Shown in pieces: positions 16,612 through 23,911 of a stretch of DNA of 23,911 bases; the stretch's first letter is position 1; every line of letters starts with the position of its first letter. Origin of the DNA: a virus (Duplodnaviria; Heunggongvirae; Uroviricota; Caudoviricetes); IMG/VR virus record IMGVR_UViG_2526164594_000022; one strand, given 5' to 3'. A program made the translations under genes and the position numbers. Below the pieces are notes generated by a model. The model saw nothing but the letters and a program-made list of their open reading frames with translations. It did no database searches and was not told the DNA's origin.

Positions 16612-17544
16612 GTCAGCACCTAGTGGTTTGTCGTGGTGTCAATTGTGCTGTGATGCATACAAAGCTGCCATTGAACGCCATTGTGCGAGCGACAAGACAA
16701 AGACTGAACCGCCCCGGACCTCTTTTGGCTAGCCAGAAAAGGCCTCGTTTAACTAAGGCTGTTTCAGACTTACCTTAACTATTCACTACTATTCACTTAG
16801 GTAAAAAAAATAGGTAATACAGAAGGTTATAAGGTGAAGGGTTGGCATGGCAGTATTCATCGACTGTTCATAACTGTTCACATGGGAATAAAATTATTTA
16901 TGGTATTTTTTCATAATGGGTGGTTTTTTTATTCCTCGTAGCTATTTGTTTTTTGCTCCTCACCACTATTCATCCTTATTCAGGAGTATTCAACAGGCAC
17001 ATAAATAGACTGCATGTTTTTGCCGGGGAATAACATTTTCGCCTCTGGCCATGGTGTTGCATTTCATACTGATTTTTATAAAACTAGATCTGTCCGGTTC
17101 TTTATGGATTCATTCGGATATATTTTACGATTTAAGGTGATGTTATTTAATATCAAGGTTTTTATGCAGGCCCAATGTTTATAAGTTGGATGCGATTCAA
17201 AAATATGCCCGGAAATTGGGGCCTGCAATGCAAGGCCTCGTGTAGAAGTTGTACTGCCTTGCTGTATTGGCGGTGGGGTTAGCACTATCAGGTGCAATGA
17301 CCCATAGGATAGTAAACCCTGGGTGAATGGTAGTTCCTATTAATGCTCCTGTATTTATAGTCCGCAGGCATGGTATTTATTATGTCATTTTATATGGTTT
17401 AATCGGGCTTTAAATTCCATAAAATCAATATGTGACGCTAAATAAAAAATGCGTGCGCAGGTGGTTTATATACACATAATAAGGAACTACCTGAACCCGG
17501 ATAAATTCATCCGGACTGTTGTGGAAATTAAAGAGGGTAGATAA

Positions 17545-17805
17545 ATGCGTAATATTTCTGTGTCTGCGCCAGCTCCTGCTGCGCCATTATTTCCTGTATC
17601 GAACCATCATGAGCGATTTTTACGCCTGCCTGAGGTGATGCACTTATGCGGGTTGTCCCGTTCGACCGTTTACGACCTGATCAGCCGCGATGCGTTTCCG
17701 AAGCAGATCCCGCTTGGCGGTAAAAATGTCGCCTGGGCACAGTCTGAGGTCAGCGCATGGATGGCGGACCGCATCAGCGCCCGTGGGCGGGGATGTGATG
17801 CATGA
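17545..17805 (+). CDS. AlpA/Vis-family small HTH regulator / excisionase-like protein
   Basis: ..[50 protein letters not shown].. fits the AlpA-family consensus (LP.V..G.S..T.Y......FP.PI.LG.R.V.W...EV..W). True start may be internal. Confidence 0.7.
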   Translation: MRNISVSAPAPAAPLFPVSNHHERFLRLPEVMHLCGLSRSTVYDLISRDAFPKQIPLGGKNVAWAQSEVSAWMADRISARGRGCDA

Positions 17806-17933
17806 TGATACCTGCATACATTAAATACCTTTATTCTGGCTTGCTTACTGTCGTCATTTCCAGGTATAGTTTTTCCGCTGTCGCAAAATCGGCAGCCGGA
17901 ATTGGCGTTCCGTATAACTTATTGGCGACAATT

Positions 17934-17955
17934 GACGCCCCTTGCGTCTTTTTTT
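17934..17955 (+). terminator. Intrinsic terminator (GACGC-CCCTT-GCGTC followed by T7) within the early leader region
   Basis: 5-bp GC-rich stem, 5-nt loop, run of 7 T. Position is analogous to the immunity terminator region of P4-type elements. Confidence 0.55.
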
Positions 17956-18162
17956 ACGTCGTAGCTCAGGCACAACCATTTTCAGGGCTGTGGTGTTTAT
18001 GCTTACACCATGGTTCTATCGAGATAATGGTAGTCCGGGCGGGGCAGCCTTCGGGCTGGCCGGTTTCCAATAAGGCCGGTTACGCCAACCCCGTTCGGGC
18101 TGCCACCAGTGAAATTGGCGTTTCCGGTGGTAGCAATAACCGCTACTTATTGGAGGCTGCCA

Positions 18163-18359
18163 TCATGGCTACAATCCTCACCCCGTCACACCCGCAATAT
18201 GTCTTTGTGTTTGCCGCAATCCGCCGTGCTGACACTCACCCCCGCATCTGTATGCTTCGCACTGTCTCCTGCGATGAGCGTTCCGCGCGCCGTTTGCTAG
18301 TCCGAGATTATGTACTCTCCCTTTCTGCACGGCTGCCTGCCGGGGAGGTGACGCTATGA
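18163..18359 (+). CDS. Small hypothetical early protein (65 aa)
   Basis: ATG preceded by SD GGAGG (ATTGGAGGCTGCCATCATG); stop overlaps the next start (ATGA). The longer ORF-track entry 17802-18359 spans the terminator and structured region and is not credible upstream of this start. Confidence 0.45.
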
Positions 18360-18577
18360 ACCAGTTTGAGATTTCCTACGACGATGTTGTAAGGCTGAAA
18401 CATTTACGCAATGTGGGTGAGTATGTAACTGGCATGGCAGCCCTGCAGGACTGTTATGAAAAGCCAGCAGGTGCCCAATGCGAACAACTGGTTTCCCTCA
18501 TTTATCTGATGACAGAGCAACTGGATGGAGTGGTGCAACGCTGCCATGACGACCTGATGAATGCGGAGGTGGCCTGA
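18356..18577 (+). CDS. Small hypothetical early protein (73 aa)
   Basis: Translationally coupled to neighbours on both sides (ATGA and TGATGATATG overlaps); typical placement of P4-like early regulators. Confidence 0.5.
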   Translation: MNQFEISYDDVVRLKHLRNVGEYVTGMAALQDCYEKPAGAQCEQLVSLIYLMTEQLDGVVQRCHDDLMNAEVA

Positions 18578-18900
18578 TGATATGCTGTGAATCTCTTCTG
18601 GCACTTCGTGCCGCTCTGTATCGCCGTGCCGTTGCCTGTGCCTGGCTGGCTCTAAGCAATCATCAGGAACGTTATTCCGGCCTGACGCTCGCTGAACTTG
18701 AAGATGCCATAGCCCGCGAGCTGGAAGGGTTCTATCTGCGCCAGCATGGGCAGCAAAGAGGGCTGGAAATTGCCTGCGCGTTGCTTTCGGATCTGATGGA
18801 GTCGGGGCCGCTTAAAGCCTGTCCGGTTCTCTCACTGCTCGGAATGACGGTCATGGATGAACTTTGTTCCCGTCACCTCAACAAACCAGCGCTGCACTAA
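18577..18900 (+). CDS. Small hypothetical early protein (107 aa)
   Basis: ORF immediately upstream of the primase, in operon arrangement; no motif recognised. Confidence 0.5.
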   Translation: MICCESLLALRAALYRRAVACAWLALSNHQERYSGLTLAELEDAIARELEGFYLRQHGQQRGLEIACALLSDLMESGPLKACPVLSLLGMTVMDELCSRHLNKPALH

Positions 18901-18913
18901 GGAGGGCCGCACA

Positions 18914-21247
18914 ATGTCAGGAATGAAAGTTAGCCAGGCTGAGAAAGCAGCTCGGGGTCACTGGTCAAGAATTTTACCTGCGCTGGGCGTAAATGTACTG
19001 AAAAATCGGCACCAGCCCTGCCCGGTCTGTGCCGGGAAAGACCGCTTTCGATTTGATGACCAGGAAGGGCGGGGAACGTGGTTCTGTAACCAGTGCGGGG
19101 CAGGTGATGGCCTGGCGCTTGTAAGTAAAGTACTGGATGTAGGCATTAGTGAAGCGGCAGACAGAATAAACGGCATTATCGGAAACCTGCTGCCAGTATC
19201 TCAGGGAATGCTTGAATCTGGTTCTCCTGAAAAAGAGGACGGGAGAAAAGCTGCAGCAGTGCTGGCTGCCCGTTTGTTTGATAAGTCCCGCCAGACCACT
19301 GGCAATGCCTATCTGACGAGTAAAGGGTTTCCTGCACTGCCTTGCCGGGAATTAACCGCTATGCATAAAGTCGGTGGTGTGGCATTTCGCGCGGGAGATC
19401 TTGTCGTTCCATTGTATGCAGATGGAGAGCTGGTAAATCTGCAGTTAATCAACGCTAATGGGGGCAAATGCTTCCTTAAAGGCGGTCAGGTTAAGAATGC
19501 CTTTTACCTGGTTGAAGGTACTGCCAAAGCAGCCAAACGGCTCTGGATAGCGGAAGGATATGCCACCGCACTTACTATCAACTATCTGACTGGCGATGCT
19601 GTCATGGTGGCCTTTTCGTCCGTCAATTTCCTTTCCCTGGCGAGCATTGCCTGCAGTGAGTACCCAACGCACCAGATAATTATTGCTGCTGACCGCGATC
19701 TCAACGGTGCGGGGCAAACAAGGGGCGCAGCTGTTACCGGGGCCTGCAATTGCACAATGGCGCTCCCGCCTGTGTTTGGTGACTGGAACGATGCATTCAC
19801 GCAAAACGGCGAAGAAGCCACCCGGCATGCAATTCATGAAGTAATAAAACCAGCTGTTGCCAGCCCCTTCGACACAATGAGCGAAGCTGAATTTACCGCG
19901 CTGAGCGTCAGCGAAAAAGCGCAGAGGGTAGTGGATCACTATAAAAATTCACTGGCAGTAGACCCGAACGGGCAGCTCCTTTCACGCTATGAGGCGGGGG
20001 CCTGGAAAGTTATCTATTACGCCGATTTTGCCCGTGATGTCGCTGCGCTGTTTCAGCGCCTCGACGCACCTTTTTCATCCGCGAAAATTGCGTCTCTCGT
20101 GGAAACCCTCAAACTGATCGTTCCGCAACAGCAGAATCCGGCGCGGCAACTTATCGGATTTCGCAACGGTGTGCTCGATACCCGGACAGGATTGTTCAGC
20201 CCGCACGATAAGAAGCACTGGTTACGTACGCTGTGCGAGGTGGATTACACGCAGCCCGTTGACGGTGAGTCACTGGAAACCCATGCCCCGGCATTCTGGC
20301 GCTGGCTGGATCGTGCCGCAGGTTTTAATCCTGAAAAACGGGACATTATTCTGGCTGCATTGTTTATGGTGCTGGCTAACCGTTATGACTGGCAGCTGTT
20401 TCTGGAGGTCACTGGCCCTGGCGGAAGTGGAAAGAGTATTCTTGCTGAAATAGCAACCATGCTGGCGGGTGAAGATAACGCGACCTCGGCAACCATTGAA
20501 ATGCTTGAGTCGCCAAGAGAACGAGCTGCGTTAATAGGTTTTTCACTGATTCGACTTCCCGACCAGGAAAAGTGGAGCGGTGACGGGGCCGGACTAAAAG
20601 CCATCACTGGCGGCGATGCGGTATCCGTTGATCCCAAATATCAGAACGCCTATTCAACCCACATCCCGGCGGTCATCCTGGCTGTGAACAATAATCCGAT
20701 GCGCTTCACTGATCGTAGTGGTGGAGTTTCACGCCGAAGGGTGATCCTGCATTTCCCCGACCAGATAGCCCCGGAGGAACGCGATACCCAGCTCAAAGAG
20801 AAAATTGCCAGTGAGCTAGCGGTGATTGTTCGCCAGCTTATGCAGCGTTTCAGCGACCCAATGAGTGCCAGGACATTGCTTCAGTCACAGCAGAACTCCG
20901 ATGAAGCGCTCACCATCAAACGTGATGCTGATTCAGCTTTTGATTTTTGCGGCTACCTTGAGGTCCTACCTGACACCACGGGCATGTTTATGGGGAACGC
21001 TAATATTGTTCCACGTCAGCCTCGAACTTACCTCTACCATGCCTATCTGGTCTACATGGAGGCTAACGGCTATAAAAATACGCTCAGTCTGACCATGTTT
21101 GGCAAGGGGCTACCGTTAATGCTCAAGGAATATGGGCTGCAGTATGAGAAACGACGGACCAATCAAGGAATGCAGACTAATCTGGCCCTAAGAGAGGAAA
21201 GCAATGCTGACTGGTTGCCAAAATGCGATGAGTTTGCAGCGAAATAA
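18914..21247 (+). CDS. P4 alpha-type primase-helicase (zinc-binding primase, TOPRIM, D5-type NTPase)
   Basis: Strong SD AAGGAGGG before the ATG (MSGMKVSQ..). Zn motif CPVCAGKDRFRFDD..GTWFCNQCG, Walker A GPGGSGKS, 777 codons like P4 alpha. ORF track starts upstream at 18857. Confidence 0.9.
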   Translation: MSGMKVSQAEKAARGHWSRILPALGVNVLKNRHQPCPVCAGKDRFRFDDQEGRGTWFCNQCGAGDGLALVSKVLDVGISEAADRINGIIGNLLPVSQGMLESGSPEKEDGRKAAAVLAARLFDKSRQTTGNAYLTSKGFPALPCRELTAMHKVGGVAFRAGDLVVPLYADGELVNLQLINANGGKCFLKGGQVKNAFYLVEGTAKAAKRLWIAEGYATALTINYLTGDAVMVAFSSVNFLSLASIACSEYPTHQIIIAADRDLNGAGQTRGAAVTGACNCTMALPPVFGDWNDAFTQNGEEATRHAIHEVIKPAVASPFDTMSEAEFTALSVSEKAQRVVDHYKNSLAVDPNGQLLSRYEAGAWKVIYYADFARDVAALFQRLDAPFSSAKIASLVETLKLIVPQQQNPARQLIGFRNGVLDTRTGLFSPHDKKHWLRTLCEVDYTQPVDGESLETHAPAFWRWLDRAAGFNPEKRDIILAALFMVLANRYDWQLFLEVTGPGGSGKSILAEIATMLAGEDNATSATIEMLESPRERAALIGFSLIRLPDQEKWSGDGAGLKAITGGDAVSVDPKYQNAYSTHIPAVILAVNNNPMRFTDRSGGVSRRRVILHFPDQIAPEERDTQLKEKIASELAVIVRQLMQRFSDPMSARTLLQSQQNSDEALTIKRDADSAFDFCGYLEVLPDTTGMFMGNANIVPRQPRTYLYHAYLVYMEANGYKNTLSLTMFGKGLPLMLKEYGLQYEKRRTNQGMQTNLALREESNADWLPKCDEFAAK

Positions 21248-21254
21248 CTGACCT

Positions 21255-21275
21255 AAGACCGGCTGTGCCGGTCTT
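21255..21275. terminator. Stem-loop (AAGACCGG-CTGTG-CCGGTCTT) between convergent genes; possible terminator
   Basis: 8-bp perfect stem directly after the primase stop and downstream of the convergent 318-aa gene. No clear U-tract, so the function is uncertain. Confidence 0.4.
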
Positions 21276-21379
21276 AAATCCGCTACAGGAAATTATCTCA
21301 AAATATATATCGATAAAATTTAAAAGTTATATGCTAAGGCGTCAGCGGAAAATGCATCTAATTCATTGTTAGATGATGT

Positions 21380-22336
21380 TTATTTTTGAATTGATTTAAA
21401 CATCCCATCGAGTTGTAATTTATTTATGTCGGTTTTCTTTATGGCTTTAATTAAGTTTTCAATAACTTCCAAAGAAAAAATTACATCTTTCTTTTCAATT
21501 CTAACCCCCCCGTGGTGGCTGCAAGCATTAAGGATGTCCTTTGTAATTTCAACATCATTTTTCATTAATGGTTCATAGTCCAGAGCCTCAATAACAGAAA
21601 CTAAACTACCTAGCATTTGCTCTTGGTATTGAACGTTGTTTAAATGCATTATACGAATATTAACAAGCATGAGAATATATTCTAAATATCTCCTGGCAGT
21701 ATTTCCTTTCTCTTGTAAAGAATCACGATCATATTCCTCAATACTCATGACTTCATTATGTAAAGAGGCTATTTTGTGCTCTGCTAATGAAATATTTATC
21801 GCATCCATGAGGTTTCGTGAGAAGCCTGTAGATGTAACATGACCATTTGCGGGCCTTGTTAAAATACATGTAGTATAGCAATTTATATTTGGGGTCTGGA
21901 TTGTCTCATTTACTCTTTTAACCGTTCTATAAACGTCTACCATATAAGAACCTGAGTTTTCAAATGAACATGAAGAGCATTTTGTATTATATATTCTATT
22001 TAGAGATAACTGATTGTGATAGTATCCCTTTAAGAAAGCATATATAGTGTCATTAAACTCGACAAACACAACGGACTCAATATATATATGGAATTTATCA
22101 TTGGGGTGCCACTCTAATTCAAGTCTTCTTGTAGAGTCATCAAAGGAAAAGTTTGAAATAAAATCCCAGTTACCTAAATCTATAAAATCAACGATATTTC
22201 TACCTGCACCATGGATATTTTTATTTATTAAAGTTGTGATTGAGTTTTTTATAATGTCCCAATCATGAATTTCATGATCGAATTTATTATTGATGGTTTC
22301 TTTTATTTGATTGGAAAAGTTTGAATAACTAGTCAC
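21380..22336 (-). CDS. Hypothetical 318-aa protein, AT-rich; second cargo gene of the P4-like element between primase and attR
   Basis: Long uninterrupted ORF in an AT-rich stretch convergent with the primase; no recognisable motif. Confidence 0.6.
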   Translation of the reverse strand: MTSYSNFSNQIKETINNKFDHEIHDWDIIKNSITTLINKNIHGAGRNIVDFIDLGNWDFISNFSFDDSTRRLELEWHPNDKFHIYIESVVFVEFNDTIYAFLKGYYHNQLSLNRIYNTKCSSCSFENSGSYMVDVYRTVKRVNETIQTPNINCYTTCILTRPANGHVTSTGFSRNLMDAINISLAEHKIASLHNEVMSIEEYDRDSLQEKGNTARRYLEYILMLVNIRIMHLNNVQYQEQMLGSLVSVIEALDYEPLMKNDVEITKDILNACSHHGGVRIEKKDVIFSLEVIENLIKAIKKTDINKLQLDGMFKSIQK

Positions 22337-22866
22337 TTGTTAGCCTCAAAATTAATAATGAGTATTAAAATTTAATTGATATTGTCTATAAAATGTAGCG
22401 ATGCAATTTTATTGCAACGAAATGATTTTTACAACATACCATTATCGCTAAACAAAATCGCACCCATCAAATCAACTTACGTTACAATCACTACAAAGCG
22501 ATTGCATTTAAATTCAAAACAGTTTTCTGTTGGGCGCATTTTTTGTTGTACTGGACTAAAGAGAAAAAATGGGGTAAGGAACAAATACCTTCCGTGCTCA
22601 AAAATTAGGTTTTTATGCACTTATTAATCAGTCAAGGTGAACAGTAAAGTGTTCACTTCTTATCAATCGTTAATTTCATATCTTTTTGAATATTAATGAA
22701 AAAAAACACAATGAGTAGTATGAACAGTTTTCCCCCAAAAAAAGTTTTTTCTGCCTTGAGAATGCGCGGAAAGCGAACGCCTTCACCAATGTGTATAGGG
22801 GTGTGTGTAGTTTAAATCTTCTATTTTAATTTATGTATTAAAATCATTGTGTTGGTGGCGATTATT

Positions 22867-22885
22867 GGTTCCTATTATCGCACCA
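22867..22885 (+). repeat. attR-like direct repeat of the tRNA-Thr 3' end
   Basis: GGTTCCTATTATCGCACCA versus the left copy GGTTCGACTCCTATTATCGGCACCA: shared core CCTATTATCG(G)CACCA in the same orientation. Confidence 0.6.
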
Positions 22886-23011
22886 TTTAAATCAAGTAGT
22901 TACCCCATATTTAAATACACCACGTTTCCTCCTGTGCCGCATTTGTGCCATTGTAACCCTGGCAATTAATCAAAATACTGTTCTGACATCAGGCAATGCA
23001 GGTGCAGACAT

Positions 23012-23911
23012 TTAAGCCAATTGCTGCCGCCATTCCTTAACGTGGTCAATCAGAGCGCGGAGCTTTGGTGCAATATTGCGACGCTGTGGGAAATACAGAT
23101 AGAAGCCCGGAAATTGTGGAAGAAAGTCATCAAGCAGAGATACAAGCTTACCGCTTTCAATATACGGCCTGAAAGTTTCCTGAGTGGCAATTGTTATTCC
23201 TCCGCCGGCAAGAGCCAGCCTCAACATCAGACGCAGATCATTAGTCGTAATCTGCGGTTCAATCGCAAGGTCGAAAGCTCTCCCGTTTTCTTCAAATGGC
23301 CAGCGATAAGGCGCAACCTCCGGGGACTGACGCCAGCCGATACACTTATGATTCACAAGTTCACGCGGATGAACAGGTGTGCTGTTGGCTGCGAGATAGG
23401 AGGGAGAGGCAACGACCATTTCACGCTGCCTGCCGGTAAGGGGCACAGCAATCATGTCTTTTTCAATGACCTCTCCGAGCCTTACGCCAGCATCGTAACC
23501 TGCGGCCACGATATCGAATTCCTCATCCGTGACAACAATATCAAGCGTAACGGCTGGATTGGCTGCTGCAAACGAAGCGATTAGCGGACCTGAAAGAAAT
23601 TCTTCAGCTATTGACGTCACCGCGATTCTGAGAAGTCCGCGTGGCACATGGTCAGAAACCATCTCTTCGAACGCTGCCTCAATACCGGATAAAGGTAATG
23701 ACAGCGATTTATGCAGCCGTTCTCCCGCTTCTGTCAAATTAACTGAGCGCGTGGTCCGCATTACAAGCATTGTCCCGAATGCATCTTCAAGGCGTCTTAT
23801 TCCCTGACTGACCGCTGAACGGGTAACGCCCAGCCGTGCGGCGGCTTTACTAAAATTACTCTCTTCTGCTACCGCGATAAAAATGGGTAAAAGATTAAGA
23901 TCGATTTTCAT
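23012..23911 (-). CDS. LysR-family transcriptional regulator (probably chromosomal flank)
   Basis: 299-aa ORF starting at the window edge: MKIDLNLLPIFIAVAEESNFSKAAARLGVTRSAVSQGIRRLEDAFGTMLVMRTTRSVNLTEAG.. (LysR N-terminal HTH) plus substrate-binding domain. Confidence 0.85.
   Translation of the reverse strand: MKIDLNLLPIFIAVAEESNFSKAAARLGVTRSAVSQGIRRLEDAFGTMLVMRTTRSVNLTEAGERLHKSLSLPLSGIEAAFEEMVSDHVPRGLLRIAVTSIAEEFLSGPLIASFAAANPAVTLDIVVTDEEFDIVAAGYDAGVRLGEVIEKDMIAVPLTGRQREMVVASPSYLAANSTPVHPRELVNHKCIGWRQSPEVAPYRWPFEENGRAFDLAIEPQITTNDLRLMLRLALAGGGITIATQETFRPYIESGKLVSLLDDFLPQFPGFYLYFPQRRNIAPKLRALIDHVKEWRQQLA

Larger units (their letters stand above)
9954..22885 (+). mobile_element. P4-like satellite prophage / integrative element (int, cargo, delta-psu-sid, alpA/vis, alpha primase) flanked by direct repeats
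   Basis: Gene content and order parallel P4. Bounded by the tRNA-Thr 3' fragment (9954-9999) and an imperfect direct repeat GGTTCCTATTATCGCACCA (~22867-22885). Confidence 0.7.

Noticed and set aside
15298-16732. ORFs 15298-15501, 15363-15587, 16064-16291, 16197-16568 and 16520-16732 (+)
   Set aside because: Antisense to the psu-like and sid-like genes.
17076-17297. ORF 17076-17297 (-), 73 aa
   Set aside because: Inside the long non-coding regulatory interval with no ribosome-binding context; kept only as an untested small-ORF possibility.
17802-18359. ORF 17802-18359 as a single 185-aa protein
   Set aside because: Its first two-thirds cross an intrinsic terminator and hairpin-rich sequence; only the SD-led C-terminal 65 codons (18163-18359) look like a gene.
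18109-18604. ORFs 18109-18300 (+) and 18404-18604 (-)
   Set aside because: Alternative or antisense frames of the small early genes.
18958-21092. ORFs 18958-19176, 19445-19939, 19582-19821, 20169-20453, 20383-20637 and 20865-21092
   Set aside because: All embedded within the alpha primase-helicase gene in other frames or antisense.
21636-22268. ORFs 21636-21842 and 22047-22268 (+)
   Set aside because: Antisense to the 318-aa cargo gene.
22376-22627. ORF 22376-22627 (+), 83 aa
   Set aside because: AT-rich intergenic sequence upstream of the att repeat with no start context.
23021-23807. ORFs 23021-23584 and 23529-23807 (+)
   Set aside because: Antisense to the LysR regulator.

Overview
This window is a mosaic of mobile elements, E. 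coli-like in content. Main blocks, left to right: (1) 1-812: the inner part of an IS3-family insertion sequence (IS629/IS1203-like) on the minus strand, inserted into the 3' end of a gene that sits where lambda carries rexA. (2) 1295-3735: a lambda-type immunity and replication block (cI, OR3-OR2-OR1, cro, nutR, cII, O with ori iterons, first ~21 codons of P). O is frameshifted by a duplicated iteron. (3) 3736-6801: an e14-like tail-fibre inversion module (constant and variable tail-fibre parts, two convergent tail-fibre assembly genes, Pin-type serine invertase, inverted ix crossover sites). (4) 6859-7873: a GIY-YIG nuclease-like gene in the slot where e14 carries mcrA, then a 3' fragment of tRNA-Ser (att-like). 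(5) 8456-9687: an AT-rich AraC/XylS regulator and an IS2-family remnant. (6) 9954-22885: a P4-like satellite element bounded by direct repeats of a tRNA-Thr 3' end, carrying integrase, an AT-rich cargo cassette, Ogr/Delta, Psu and Sid homologues, AlpA/Vis, small early genes, alpha-type primase-helicase and a second AT-rich cargo gene. (7) 23012-23911: a LysR regulator, probably chromosomal flank. The most interesting part is the cargo cassette at 11347-14622, between the integrase and the psu/delta genes. It encodes an Mrr-like PD-(D/E)xK nuclease-domain protein, a small protein, and an SMC/Rad50-like ABC ATPase with a CxxC hook, which is a Lamassu-like architecture. The cassette is broken into seven ORFs, partly at A7 homopolymers, so it is either inactivated, phase-variable or affected by sequencing errors. 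All calls rest on reading the translations and on recalled family motifs; no database search was run, and hand-counted coordinates (those not taken from the ORF track) may be off by a base or two.
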